A DNA stretch of 64,000 nucleotides, from NCBI GenBank assembly GCA_963718895.1, contig CAVRAG010000007.1, positions 224,001-288,000 on the forward strand. Reading direction: 5' to 3'. The notes beneath the pieces were generated by a model. The model was not told the DNA's origin. It saw only the letters and a program-made list of their open reading frames with translations, and ran no database searches. Position numbers and translations under genes: made by a program. Shown here piece by piece: positions 30,363 to 41,064 of the stretch (positions within the stretch are counted from its first letter, which is position 1; every line of letters begins with the position of its first letter). This DNA is from an uncultured Nitrososphaerota archaeon. Its GTDB lineage: Archaea; Thermoproteota; Nitrososphaeria; Nitrososphaerales; Gagatemarchaeaceae.

Positions 30363-31061
30363 ATGGGCTGGAAAGGAGAGCTCGCGTTCATCTCGGACAT
30401 ACACTCGAACCTCGAGGCGCTGGAGGCCGTGCTCGAGGATACCGGCGGAAAGGTGACCTACTGTCTGGGGGACATCGTCGGGTACGGCGCTTCACCGAAC
30501 GAGGTCGTGGCGCTTCTGAAGAAGCGCGAGGTCACCTGCATCCTCGGAAACCACGACTTCGCTGTGCTAAGTGGCAGGGTGAACGAGTTCAACGCGCGCG
30601 CGATGCAGGCAGTCACTTGGACTATCAGGAGCCTGAGCGAGGAGAGCCGGCGGTTCCTGGCGGGCCTCCCGCTGAGCCGCACGATCCCATTTGAGGGCGA
30701 GAAGGTCTACATGACCCACGGCAGCCCAGACGACAACCTCTGGGAGTACGTCTTCCCCGCGACCCACTCGGACATCCTGGGCTTCTACCTGCAGAGGCTC
30801 GGCGTGAGCGTGATCGCGCTGGGGCACACCCACGTCCCCTTCGTCTGGACGGACAGGGAAGGGACCGTCTTCAACCCCGGCTCTGTCGGGCAGCCACGCG
30901 CGGGGGACAGGCGCGCCTCTTACGCGCTCCTGAAGATCAACGAGGTCGGGATCGCGGTCGAGCACCGGACCGTCGAGTATGACATCGAGAGATCGGCGCG
31001 CAAGATTGTCGAGGCCGGCCTCCCGGGGTCCCTGGCCCGCCGCCTCTTCACAGGAGACTAG
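30363..31061 (+). CDS. Calcineurin-like metallophosphoesterase
   Basis: DIHSN, GDIVGYG, GNHD, THGS, GHTH, NPGSVGQPR. Confidence 0.95.
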   Translation: MGWKGELAFISDIHSNLEALEAVLEDTGGKVTYCLGDIVGYGASPNEVVALLKKREVTCILGNHDFAVLSGRVNEFNARAMQAVTWTIRSLSEESRRFLAGLPLSRTIPFEGEKVYMTHGSPDDNLWEYVFPATHSDILGFYLQRLGVSVIALGHTHVPFVWTDREGTVFNPGSVGQPRAGDRRASYALLKINEVGIAVEHRTVEYDIERSARKIVEAGLPGSLARRLFTGD

Positions 31062-31063
31062 GC

Positions 31064-34000
31064 TCAGGAGACGTCGATGTAGATCGGTCTGCCGTCAAGC
31101 TCGTCCTCCTCCCACTCTCCGTCTTCGGTCTTCTCGGCGAGGATGCGGACGCCCTTCACCCGGACGAGGAAGCTCAGCTCCCCCGCGAGGGGCCTCAATA
31201 GCGAGGTCATCTCCTCGTCGAGACCCGCGACCATCGCCTTCTCGAGCACCGCCGTCGGCGAGTAGCCCCTGGCCTTCCTGAGCGCCTGCAGCCTGCGGGC
31301 GATGTCCCGTAGAAGGCCCTCCGCGATCAAGGCGTCATCGCGGACCTTTTCCAGGGCGATCATTATCCCGTCCCGGGCTACGGCCTCCCACTCTCCCGTC
31401 CCCTGGAAGCTGAAAATCAGGGTCGAGATCGGGACCTCGACGACCCCCGACTCGGTCTGGACGTGCAGCGGCTCGCCGGCCTGGAAGGCTCGCCAGGCAT
31501 CGTCGCCCTCCAGCCCCCTGAAGCTCTTGAGGACGGCCTGAGTCTTCTCCTTGAAGTGGGCGCCGATCTGCGACCGGTTCGGCGATAGCGAGACGGAGAT
31601 CGGCAGGGAGGAGACGCTCTTGGTCACCGAGACCTTCTTGACGTTGCAGAGGAGGGAGACGAGGTCCTTCGCCTTCTCCATCTGGGGGAGCTTCGCCTCG
31701 GTCACCAGGACCTGGATCTCCCTTAGGGGCCACCTCCTCTTGAGCTTGGCCTTCTGTCTCGCGGAGTTGCATGCGCCCTCGACCTCGAGGGCGAGCTCCA
31801 CGACCTCCTTGTCGTCGCGGGCGGTCGGAGGCATCGAGACGACGGGGAAGTCCTGGACCAGAAGCGGCCGCTCCCAGGCGCCCTGGAGGAAGGCCTCCTG
31901 GTAGAGATACTCGGTGAGGTACGGGGAGACGGGGTGAAGAAGGAGGTCGAGCGTCTTCAGCGCGAACGCTATCACGGCGTAGATCGCAAGGCGACGGTCG
32001 AGGCTCTCGGGCGAATCGCTCCAGAGCTCGTTCCGGACCATCCGTACGTAGCCCTGGCTCAGGACCTCGACTATGGCGCTCTCGATCCCCTTGCAGGCGT
32101 CGTTGTAACGGCCCTCGGCGTAGGAGGCCTTGATCTCAGTCGAGGCCCCATCGATGCTCGCCAGGAGCCATCGGTCCATTATTGTGAGGACGCCCCTCTG
32201 CTGGGCCCAGGCGATGTCGTGCAGGCCGGGGTCGAACCCGTCCTGTTCCCCGTTCTGTCTGAGGTAGACGTGGAGGTGGTAGAGGGTGTTGAGGATCTGG
32301 TACGGCCGGCCCGCCATCTCCTTCAGGTCCAGGCTGACGGCGTCGACGGGCGAGCTCTTCCATGTGATGTAGAACCGCAGGAGGTCCACCGAACCCTCCC
32401 GCAGAAGCCCGAGGGCGTCGACGACGTTGCCCAGGCTCTTGCTCATCTTCCTGCCCTTCTCGTCCAGGACGTGCCCCTGAAAGAGGAAGGCGCGGTAGGG
32501 CGCGACGGGCTTCCTCAGATAGATGACATTGAGCACAAGGAGCGTGTACGCCCAGCCCCGGGTCTGGTCGATCCCCTCGGTGAGGTGCTCGACCGGGACG
32601 AGCTCCGCCCTCTCCTCGTCGGTGAAGGACGCGAGGGGCGCCGAGCCGCTGTTGTGCCACGTGTCAAGGACGAAGGGCTCCCGGTGGGCCTCGCCTCCGC
32701 ACTTGGGGCACCGCAGGGCGATCCGGTCGATCCAGGGCCTGTGGAGCTCGAAGGCCTCTCCGTCGGGGAGGGAGACGGCCTGGCGGACTATGCTCTCCCT
32801 CGAGAAGGCTGGGACCTTCTCCCTGCAGCTGGCACAGACCCAGATCGGGAGCGGAGTCCCCCACACCCTCTCGCGGGAGATGCACCATGGCGGCGACTGC
32901 CTGATGAACTCGATGAACCGATTGCGGGGCTGGTCGAAGTAGTACTCGACTTTCTCGGCGGCAGCGACGAGGTCCTCCTTTATCTGATCTATCCAGTAGA
33001 AGTACTCCCTCCTCGCGACCCAGACGAGACGGTGTCCCGACCTCCAGCAGGTGGGGTATTCGTGCTCGAGTCGGCCGTCGCTGACGAGGTTTCCGGTCTC
33101 ACGGAGGAGTTTCGCCACGAGGGCGTCCGAGTCCCTGACGAACATCCCGGAGAACCTCCCGGCGTCCTCGGTGAAGCAGACCCTGTCGTCGATGGGCACG
33201 AAGACCGGAAGCTTCCTCCTCGTCGCGACGAAGAAGTCCTCCTCCCCGTTCGCGGGCGCGAGGTGGACGAGGCCGGTCCCGGTGGCGGTGTCGACGAAGT
33301 CCTCTGCGACCACCACGTGTATCTTTCCCTCCTTGCTCAGCCTCTCCAGGCCAGGAATGAGGCCCAGAAGGGGGTGGGCATAGTGGAGGCCCTCGAGCTC
33401 CCTGCCCTTGACCACCTTGATCGTCTCGCCCAGCTCGAACTTGAGCTCCTTGGAGAGCGCGGTCATCCTCTCGACCCCCAGGACCCAGACCTCGGACCCG
33501 ACCCTCACGTAGGCGTAGTCGGCTTCGGGCCTGACGCCGACCATCTCGTCCGTGACCAGGGTGAAGGGCATGGTCGTCCAGATCAGGAGGTAAGCCCCGT
33601 CGGAGGTCCGGACTTTGTAGTACAGGCTCGGGTCCTCGAGCGTCTCATAGCCCAGGACGGCTTCGGCGTGGCTGAGGGAGGTCTGGCAGCTCGGGCAGTA
33701 TGGGACGACCTTGAACCCCTCCCCGAGTATCCCGTCGGACCAGGCTCTCTCTAGGAACAGCCACTCCCTCTCGATGTACGAGTCCCGGTAGGTCATGTAC
33801 GCCTTGCTGTGGTCGAGAAGCAGTCCCAGAAGGTCGTCGGCCTCCTCCCAGGCGGCCAGGTACTTTGCGACCAGCCTCTTGCAGGCCTCCACCATCTTCT
33901 CCTCACCGATCTGCTTCAGGTCCTCCCACTTGTTCCCGGAGAGCCCGAGCTCCTTCTCGGCCTGCAGCTCGACCGGGAGCCCCTGGCAGTCCCACCCGGC

Positions 34001-34282
34001 CCTGAAGACGACGTTCTTCTTCGAGAGGGTGCTGAAGCGGTACCAAAGGTCCTTCATTATCCTGCCTCGGATGTGGCCGATGTGCGGCACCCCGTTGAGG
34101 GTCGGTGGGCCCTCGACGTAGCCCACCAGAGGATACTTCGCCAGGGCCTCGCGGACGGTCTTTGGCAGGTCCAGGTCGTCGCCGAAGCGCCGGGCCCTCG
34201 CCTCCAGGACCTTCCAGTCGTAGTTGGGGAGGAGAGGGAGACCCGCCGTCTGTGAATCACTATGGCTGGATTTTATAACCAC
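31064..34282 (-). CDS. ileS: Isoleucyl-tRNA synthetase
   Basis: PHIGH, WTTMPFT, GTGLVH, WCISRER, KMSKS. Confidence 0.97.
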   Translation of the reverse strand: MVIKSSHSDSQTAGLPLLPNYDWKVLEARARRFGDDLDLPKTVREALAKYPLVGYVEGPPTLNGVPHIGHIRGRIMKDLWYRFSTLSKKNVVFRAGWDCQGLPVELQAEKELGLSGNKWEDLKQIGEEKMVEACKRLVAKYLAAWEEADDLLGLLLDHSKAYMTYRDSYIEREWLFLERAWSDGILGEGFKVVPYCPSCQTSLSHAEAVLGYETLEDPSLYYKVRTSDGAYLLIWTTMPFTLVTDEMVGVRPEADYAYVRVGSEVWVLGVERMTALSKELKFELGETIKVVKGRELEGLHYAHPLLGLIPGLERLSKEGKIHVVVAEDFVDTATGTGLVHLAPANGEEDFFVATRRKLPVFVPIDDRVCFTEDAGRFSGMFVRDSDALVAKLLRETGNLVSDGRLEHEYPTCWRSGHRLVWVARREYFYWIDQIKEDLVAAAEKVEYYFDQPRNRFIEFIRQSPPWCISRERVWGTPLPIWVCASCREKVPAFSRESIVRQAVSLPDGEAFELHRPWIDRIALRCPKCGGEAHREPFVLDTWHNSGSAPLASFTDEERAELVPVEHLTEGIDQTRGWAYTLLVLNVIYLRKPVAPYRAFLFQGHVLDEKGRKMSKSLGNVVDALGLLREGSVDLLRFYITWKSSPVDAVSLDLKEMAGRPYQILNTLYHLHVYLRQNGEQDGFDPGLHDIAWAQQRGVLTIMDRWLLASIDGASTEIKASYAEGRYNDACKGIESAIVEVLSQGYVRMVRNELWSDSPESLDRRLAIYAVIAFALKTLDLLLHPVSPYLTEYLYQEAFLQGAWERPLLVQDFPVVSMPPTARDDKEVVELALEVEGACNSARQKAKLKRRWPLREIQVLVTEAKLPQMEKAKDLVSLLCNVKKVSVTKSVSSLPISVSLSPNRSQIGAHFKEKTQAVLKSFRGLEGDDAWRAFQAGEPLHVQTESGVVEVPISTLIFSFQGTGEWEAVARDGIMIALEKVRDDALIAEGLLRDIARRLQALRKARGYSPTAVLEKAMVAGLDEEMTSLLRPLAGELSFLVRVKGVRILAEKTEDGEWEEDELDGRPIYIDVS

Positions 34283-34535
34283 TCAAGGCCCGCACCGTCC
34301 ACGCCCTGCCGATTTTAAAAAGTTTGGTCGCTGGTTCCCCGTTTCCGTCCCAGGAGGTCACGCCATCTCGACGCGCGCGCTCGGTGAGCGCGAAGAGCAC
34401 GCCCAGATTCTCTACGGACCCGGTCCCTCCCACGAACCCTGGTGCAGTCTCGAGCCTTTCATTCGCGACGACTGGTCCGGCCGCCCAGCGAGCCTTATTT
34501 AACGAGGGTGAACGGGCGGTACGCTCGCAGTGGAC

Positions 34536-34943
34536 ATGCCCAAAATCAGCTACGAGCCCACCGAAGAGATAGTCCTTCATCAGGTGCTGGAGTACGACAA
34601 CAAGGCCTTCTTCGAGGAGGTCATGCGCCAGAACCTTGCCCAGCAGATGTCCGTGATCCCTACCGTCAACTGGATTGACGGGATAGCATTCTCGGTCTGG
34701 AGGTTCCCTGAGACCGACGATGTGATACGCGACGCGCTGGACGGGAAGCTCCACCTCTTCTCGGTCGCCTTCACGAGGGTGGGTTTCCAGACCCACTACC
34801 CCATAAACCTGGCAAACCAGGACATCAAGGTCCCGCTCCGGAACGCAAGCAACAACGCCAACTTCGTCGCGCTGGTCGCCTTCCTGAAGGAGTTTAGTCA
34901 GCAGAAGGCATCCGCCTCGGTCTCCGAATCAAAAAAGGACTGA
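34536..34943 (+). CDS. Hypothetical protein
   Basis: Genome-typical codon usage; fills the gap between flanking genes. Confidence 0.7.
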   Translation: MPKISYEPTEEIVLHQVLEYDNKAFFEEVMRQNLAQQMSVIPTVNWIDGIAFSVWRFPETDDVIRDALDGKLHLFSVAFTRVGFQTHYPINLANQDIKVPLRNASNNANFVALVAFLKEFSQQKASASVSESKKD

Positions 34944-34951
34944 GGACAGCC

Positions 34952-35935
34952 TTAGTAGTCCGATAGGAAAGCCTGATACCCGTTCAGTGGCTTTGCGTCG
35001 AAGCCTAGCCTCCGCAGGTCCTGGGCGAACTCCTCGGTGAAGCCGTGGGTCGTGTAGACCTGTTCCGGCGATACCTCTTTGACCAGGGCGACGAGCTCCT
35101 TGTAGTCGCAGTGGTCGCTTACCGCGAACGCGTAGTCGGCGCCTATGGAGTAGGCGTACCCAGGGTCTGCTGCCCACCCGCTGAATGCGACCAGGGCCGC
35201 GCCGTGTTCCTTCTTCAACCGCTGGGCGAACTTGCTCCGCGAGCTCATCATCGGCGCGACCATCACCCACGGGCCGGCCGAGATGCCCTCGAGGTCCGCG
35301 CCCACGACCTTCCCCTTCCTGAGATTCACGCCGCACTGGCCGTAGACCTCGTTGATCTCCGCCACCCTCTTGTGCACGTAGAAGGGGCTCCAGGACGAAA
35401 AGAGGTGAGAGAGGATCTGCGACTTGCCGAGCGCGTACCCCATGAGGACGACGGGCCTGCCCTTGTCGAAGAGCATCCCTATGGTCGAGTTGACCTCCTT
35501 CACTATCTGCGAGATCGGGGGGAAGACGTAGTTGCTTCTGCCAAAGGTCGACTCAGTGATGAGTATCCTCGCCTTCTTGGTCCTGCACCTTCCAAGGAAC
35601 GCGCGGTCCCTCCCCGCTGCGTCTCCTGTATAGAGGACCTCCTCGCCTATGCAGATGGCACGAGCTCCGAGTATGTGTCCCGAATCGAGGAGCCTGACCT
35701 CATCGGCAGTCTCCGAGGTTCTCCCCAGGTCGAAACCCCTCGCCTTGGCGAGGAGGCGAGTCTCTCGAGATGCGAGGACCTTGCTCCCCGCGTCCGGGTT
35801 ATGGACGTGATCGAGGTGCGCGTGGGAGACGAACGTGTAGTCGGCCTTCGACGGACCCTTGGGGTCGAGAGCGTAGGACGCGGCGCCGTACTCGACTGTT
35901 ATGCCGCTTCGCAAAGATATCCTGGCGCGACCCAA
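34952..35935 (-). CDS. Metallo-beta-lactamase/beta-CASP exonuclease
   Basis: SHAHLDH, GHILG, YTGD, ESTFG, SDHCD, THG. Confidence 0.9.
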   Translation of the reverse strand: MGRARISLRSGITVEYGAASYALDPKGPSKADYTFVSHAHLDHVHNPDAGSKVLASRETRLLAKARGFDLGRTSETADEVRLLDSGHILGARAICIGEEVLYTGDAAGRDRAFLGRCRTKKARILITESTFGRSNYVFPPISQIVKEVNSTIGMLFDKGRPVVLMGYALGKSQILSHLFSSWSPFYVHKRVAEINEVYGQCGVNLRKGKVVGADLEGISAGPWVMVAPMMSSRSKFAQRLKKEHGAALVAFSGWAADPGYAYSIGADYAFAVSDHCDYKELVALVKEVSPEQVYTTHGFTEEFAQDLRRLGFDAKPLNGYQAFLSDY

Positions 35936-35989
35936 GCAGGTGACCTGCTCGGCTCGTCGGCGAGCGTGGGTTTATGATGTTATCCCCGA

Positions 35990-38349
35990 CTATCGGTCAG
36001 TCCGCTGGCGGTCGGGCTGGTGCGAGATCTGGACGGCCCTGAAGGCCCTCCACGAACCGGGCCCCACTTCCAGGCGGAGCTCCAGTCTGTCGAGGAGCTT
36101 CCTCCGGTCGACCCTCTCCCACTGGCAGCTCGCCTGGTTGAACTCGTCCAGGTCAGCGAAGAGAGCGCTCGCCAGCGGCTTACCCCTCAACGGGACGCTG
36201 ACGACCTCGGACAGAATCCGAGCCAGAGGCGTTCCCCAGACAGACCAGCAGCGAGGACTGGTCCCAGAACAGGAGGCACTCGATCGAGGGAGAGACCTCC
36301 AGCGGCTCGCTCCGAGGGAGCTTCACCGAGCCCTCGACCTGGGTCTTCTCGTAGCTCGAGACTATGAGGGCCTGGGACTGTGTCCTTCCGACGAAGAGAG
36401 ACCCGTCTCCGCCGATCCTGAACCCCCGCAACGAGAACCACCCCAGGCGTGACCCACGAGCGACCCGGAGCGTCGGTCCCTCGGGCGAGACGGTCATCCC
36501 CGCCTCTCCGGTCAGCAGCGTCTCCACGAACCTCGAGGCTGCCACCGGGTCCGATCCCAGGGACTCGATCTGCCTCTTCTCCGGGTCGAACCAGTAGGGG
36601 AACTCCCCAGGGACGCCTCCCATCCTCTCGCAATCGGAGTTCACGAGCGCCGCGACCTTCTCGAGCTGGGCGCTCCCCAGGGCCGGATGACCAGAGGTGT
36701 AGGAGAGTATTGCAAGCGCGAGGGAGCCCCTCGTCCAGCATCCGCCGAGCTGCCCGTCACCGTACACAGGGCTGTAGTAGAGGGCGTTGGCCAGAGAGAC
36801 GGTTCGGGGGCCGTAGCCCGTCTCAAAGTCCTTCTCCAGAAGCCTGTGGACCGTCGAGGACCCGAGGTTCGCGTCGGGCCCGGAGTAGGACAGCGCGACC
36901 GCCTGGTCGACGGTGACCTCGGAGTGAAGCCTTCCCTTCGGGTCGAGATTGAGCGCGAGGTTCCCGGTCTCGACCTCCTTGAGCCTCTCGCCGACGGACT
37001 CGAGGATCCTCGCGCTCGCGTCGCGGAATCCCGAGGATTCGTCCGGCTTGCTGAGGGAACGGGAGAGCGAGGAGAGCTCCGAGAGTGCCCGGGCCGCGAC
37101 CATGTTCACCTCGCTCACGTGGCCGGTGGGGTAGCCTGAGCCGAGGCGTCTCCTCCAACCGTCGGGCGAGCCCGGCTGGGTCGAGATGAGTCCGCCCTGG
37201 GCTGCGGCGCGGAGGGCGTTTCCGGCCTTCCTAAGGGCGGGATACCACTTTCTCGCCAGCTTCCTGTCTCCCTTGAGGCCGAGGTAGCTGCAGGCGTTTA
37301 TGACGAAGAGAGACGTCTCCATCGGACCGCCCCGGTCCGAGCTGGAGTGGGGCAGGAGACCATCCCTGCGCATGGAGCCCTTCGAGGACCCGAACTCCTC
37401 CTCGAATAGGGCCGGTCTGAGGAACCCGAGACCGAAACCGGCAGAGATGCGGTCGAGAGAGTAGGGCTCGCGCTCGAGCGAGTCGAGCGATGCCTTCGCC
37501 CAGGCATAGGCGAAGTTGACCGGGGGGCTCGAGCAACGAAAGAGGGGTCCGAGCCGATCCCGGGGAGCATCGCCCACGCCGGCGATCCCATCCTTGAACT
37601 CCGAGAGCACAGACTCCAGCGAGGAGCCGTGATAGAGCGACGCGGTGACGACCTCGTGCGAGCCGCCCGGAGGAAGGTCGACGTCGTGCTGGCTCACGAT
37701 CGATGATCGCTCCGGACATGCCCGCCGTGTTCTCCGGGATCTCTCCCGAGGCGAACAGGTCGATCGCCTTCTGCCTGGACCTCGTGAGGTAGACGGCGGT
37801 GGGGTGAGGCGAGAAGCCGATCACGCGGACCCCCGTCGTGTCCCCGACGTCGTCCATCACGACGTGGTCGCCCCGGTTGAAGGCGTTCACGCCGACGTCC
37901 GCCGGCGGGTCACGGTCGAGTCTGAAGTTCAGCGACGTGGGGTCGTGAAGCGTGAGCACCCTCAACCTGAGGCCGGCCTCTGATCTGTTCGTGTACCTGG
38001 CGAGCCGCAGGTATCCGTTCGAGTCCTTCCCGCAGAGCCGGATGTGGTGCGACGCCTGGACCGGCTCCTGTCCCCCAGACGAGAAGCCCAGGTATCCGGG
38101 CGAGAGCCTCACCTTCTTGTCCCTCTGTCGCTGTGCGATCACCACCCCCGCCTGAATCTTGAAAGCCTCGACCGATTCCCTGCCGAACAGGAGCTTGCCG
38201 AACCTGGCCGAGTGGAGGTGCGCCACGCTCCCATCGGGGTCGACCCTGAGCCGGTCGTAGCCCGCCGCGACGAAGACGCTCCGCCTGAGCGACGAACTCG
38301 TGACTTCCCTAGCGTAAGGGAGCAGGGCCTCCTCTTGCATTGGTGCCAT
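35990..38349 (-). CDS. Glycogen-debranching/six-hairpin glycosidase-like protein; at least two indels (near 37697 and 36190)
   Basis: Three overlapping same-strand ORFs; FETGYGPRTVS and GGCW resemble amylo-alpha-1,6-glucosidase. Confidence 0.55.
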
Positions 38350-38434
38350 CTCGACTCCGAAGAACTAATGGGGCTGCATTTACCTAAGTTGAGCGATTGT
38401 TCACCAGTTCTTTACTACGCCGGCTGGAAGGAGG

Positions 38435-39838
38435 TCAGTCCGCCTTCCACGAGACGCCGCCCCCTGGCTTGTCCTCAAGGGATATCCCTTCTTTCTTGAG
38501 CTGGGCCCTTATCTCGTCGGCCCGCCGGTAGTCCCGCCTGCGCCGCGCGTCCTCTCGGTCCCGGATGAGCCCCTCGACGCGCGCCGAGACGACCCCGTCC
38601 TCCTCCGGCTGCATCACCCCAAGGACGGAGTCGACCCTCCGGAGCGCCTCGATAACGGCCAGGCGCCCGGTCCCAGAGAGCCCCCCCGTATCGATGAGCG
38701 AGTTGATGGTTCTCTGGAAGCCGTAGAGAGCGGCGAGCGCCTCGGCCATGTTGAGGTCGTCGTCCATGGCTCTCTCGAACTCTTCGAGGAAAGAGGCGCT
38801 CTCCGGAACCCCCCGTTCGCCGTTCTCTGCCGCAGGTGATTCTCGAATCCTCTTTGCGAACGAGTCCATCCTCGCGATGTTCGACTTCGCCTGCATCAGG
38901 GAGTCGTCGGTGAGGTCGAGCTTGTCCCTGTAGTGCGCGCCGATCAGGAAGAGCCTTATGGCCCTCGGCTTCCACCCTTTCTCCGTCAGCTCCCTGAGCG
39001 TGACGACGTTCCCGACCGACTTGTGCATCTCCTCGCCCTTGACGTTGAGGAAGTCGGAGTGAAGCCAGTATCGGACGAACTTCTTCCCCGTGGCCGCCTC
39101 AGACTGGGCGATCTCGTTCTCGTGGTGCGGGAACCTGTTGTCAATCCCTCCCGTGTGGATGTCGAAGGTCTCGCCCAGATACTTCATCGACATTGCCGAG
39201 CACTCGATGTGCCACCCCGGCCTGCCCTTGCCCAGCTCCGTCTCCCAGAACACGTCCCCGTCGTCCGCGTCCCACGCCTTCCAGAGGGCAAAGTCGTTGG
39301 CCTGATCCTTCTCGTAGGAGTCGTTCTTGACCCTCGCTCCCGCCACGAGCTGTGAGGGCCTGATCCCCGAGAGGTCCCCGTATCTCCCGAACTTGGAGAC
39401 GTCGAAGTAGACGGACCCGTCCTCCGCTCGGTAGGCGTATCCCTTCTGCATGAGCGTCTTTATCAGCTCGACCATCTCTGGGATGTGTCTCGTAGCGCGC
39501 GGATAGAACTCCGCCCTCTCGATGTTCAGCGCAGTGAGGTCCTCCATGAAAGCGCGCTCGTAGTATGAGGTCAGCTCGTCAAGGCTCTTGTTGAATGCCT
39601 TCATCCCCTTGATAATCTTGTCTTCGACGTCCGTGATGTTCATGACCTGTGTGACCTTGAAGCCCTTGAACTTCAGGTAGCGGCGCAACACGTCCTCGAA
39701 GACGAACGTCCTGAAGTTGCCGATGTGGGCGTAGTTCCAGACGGTGGGCCCGCAGGTGTACATCCGCACCTCACCCTCCCGGAGCGGCTCGAAGAGCGAG
39801 AGCTTCCTCCCGAGACTGTTGTAGAGGTACAGAGCCAA
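38435..39838 (-). CDS. cysS: Cysteinyl-tRNA synthetase
   Basis: [31 protein letters not shown]; KMSKS site reads EMHKS. Confidence 0.96.
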   Translation of the reverse strand: MALYLYNSLGRKLSLFEPLREGEVRMYTCGPTVWNYAHIGNFRTFVFEDVLRRYLKFKGFKVTQVMNITDVEDKIIKGMKAFNKSLDELTSYYERAFMEDLTALNIERAEFYPRATRHIPEMVELIKTLMQKGYAYRAEDGSVYFDVSKFGRYGDLSGIRPSQLVAGARVKNDSYEKDQANDFALWKAWDADDGDVFWETELGKGRPGWHIECSAMSMKYLGETFDIHTGGIDNRFPHHENEIAQSEAATGKKFVRYWLHSDFLNVKGEEMHKSVGNVVTLRELTEKGWKPRAIRLFLIGAHYRDKLDLTDDSLMQAKSNIARMDSFAKRIRESPAAENGERGVPESASFLEEFERAMDDDLNMAEALAALYGFQRTINSLIDTGGLSGTGRLAVIEALRRVDSVLGVMQPEEDGVVSARVEGLIRDREDARRRRDYRRADEIRAQLKKEGISLEDKPGGGVSWKAD

Positions 39839-39914
39839 GTCGGGAGGAACCCGCGCCGGTTGGCGTGATAAGTTCTTCCCTCGGTCTCAAAATAAAAAGG
39901 AAAGGGAGATCGGA

Positions 39915-40064
39915 TTACTTGAGCTTGCCGATACGGAATATTGGCTTGCCGCAGGATCCGCAGATTCCCTTGACAGCAGCTCTACCGTTCTTGAGCTTGA
40001 TCTGTTTCGGGTTCTTGATCTCCCTGTTCTTCTTCTTCTCATACACACAGTAGCCGGTTACCAC
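39915..40064 (-). CDS. Small basic DUF5679-like protein (putative nucleic-acid binding)
   Basis: MVTGYCVYEKKKNREIKNPKQIKLKNGRAAVKGICGSCGKPIFRIGKLK; strong TATA (TTATATA) upstream, T-tract downstream. Confidence 0.85.
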   Translation of the reverse strand: MVTGYCVYEKKKNREIKNPKQIKLKNGRAAVKGICGSCGKPIFRIGKLK

Positions 40065-40413
40065 TGTACATTTCCTCGGCTCTTGGGCGCCGGAGTTGAT
40101 ATATAAGCTCTTGGTAAAGAGGCAAGAATCAAGGTTTTTTCGGAAAACAGAGACTTGTTGCGACCGGAAAAAAGGATAGGAGCAAATCGTCATTCTATGG
40201 AGCAGCTCCATTTCTCCGATTTTTGCTCCCAACCGAAAACATGCCAAGACCGACTGGTCGTGCATCTTGTAAGGAGAATGAATCGGAACGTTTTCTCCGG
40301 GTCGCTGAGGCATGGCGCGGGCCGTTGGCCAAAATCGGCCGAAAAAGGGCGCGTCGAGAAAGTTGGTCGCGCGCCCAGTTAGAAAAAACATAGTCGCGCG
40401 AAGCGCGCTGAGG

Positions 40414-40899
40414 TCACGTCTTCACGATGATGGTGCCTTCCACGATCTGCGAGAGGAAGACCTCGTAGGTGTAGGTGCCCGGTGCGGTGAGGGTGACGCA
40501 GTAGATGTTGCCGTAGGTCATTCCGTCAAAGTACCACTGCACTCCGTTGGGCGGCACCGAGACCGATATCACGTTGTGCGCGGCGCTCGAGTCCTGGTCG
40601 TTCCAGATCACGGTGTTGTTGATCCCTACGACGACGCTCAGCGTCGGCGGCTCGAAGCGGATGCTCGAGTTCGCACCCACTCCCTGAGGGATGACAATCT
40701 GGGCCCCCTGCGGAGAGCAACCAGAGTCCGAGGTCGCGTTCGAGGGAGGCAACGAAGGCGGTGTCCCGACATAGTAGGCCAGCCCCGCTATCGCGGCTAG
40801 CACCAGGATTATCACGGTCGAGATCGAGATGTTTCGTTTCTTCTTCGACTGACCCGGGAGCTGCCGCGTCCCGCGGAAGACCGTCGCGCTTCGCCTCAC
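40414..40899 (-). CDS. Membrane-anchored cupredoxin-fold protein lacking the Cys/His/Met ligand loop
   Basis: FEPPTLSV, HNV, PGTYTY; loop reads EVFLSQIVEG. Confidence 0.75.
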   Translation of the reverse strand: MRRSATVFRGTRQLPGQSKKKRNISISTVIILVLAAIAGLAYYVGTPPSLPPSNATSDSGCSPQGAQIVIPQGVGANSSIRFEPPTLSVVVGINNTVIWNDQDSSAAHNVISVSVPPNGVQWYFDGMTYGNIYCVTLTAPGTYTYEVFLSQIVEGTIIVKT

Positions 40900-41064
40900 T
40901 GACCCATCCCTCGCGAAAGTTGACTCAAGTCTCCACTTTCACTTAGTGGCAGCCGCTGAGCCTCATGTGTCATGTCCGAACTCCCAAGCGTCGTGGACAA
41001 ACGCCAAGCTCAGGCCTATAGCTTGTTGCATCGGCGGCTCAGGCTCGCCTCGGCATCGTGCTGC

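Noticed and set aside
31934-33754. 606-aa plus-strand ORF and similar long antisense ORFs (3517-4446, 35045-35977)
   Set aside because: Shadow ORFs of real high-GC genes; no motifs
40095-40400. Replication origin
   Set aside because: No ORB repeats recognised and no cdc6/orc1 gene nearby
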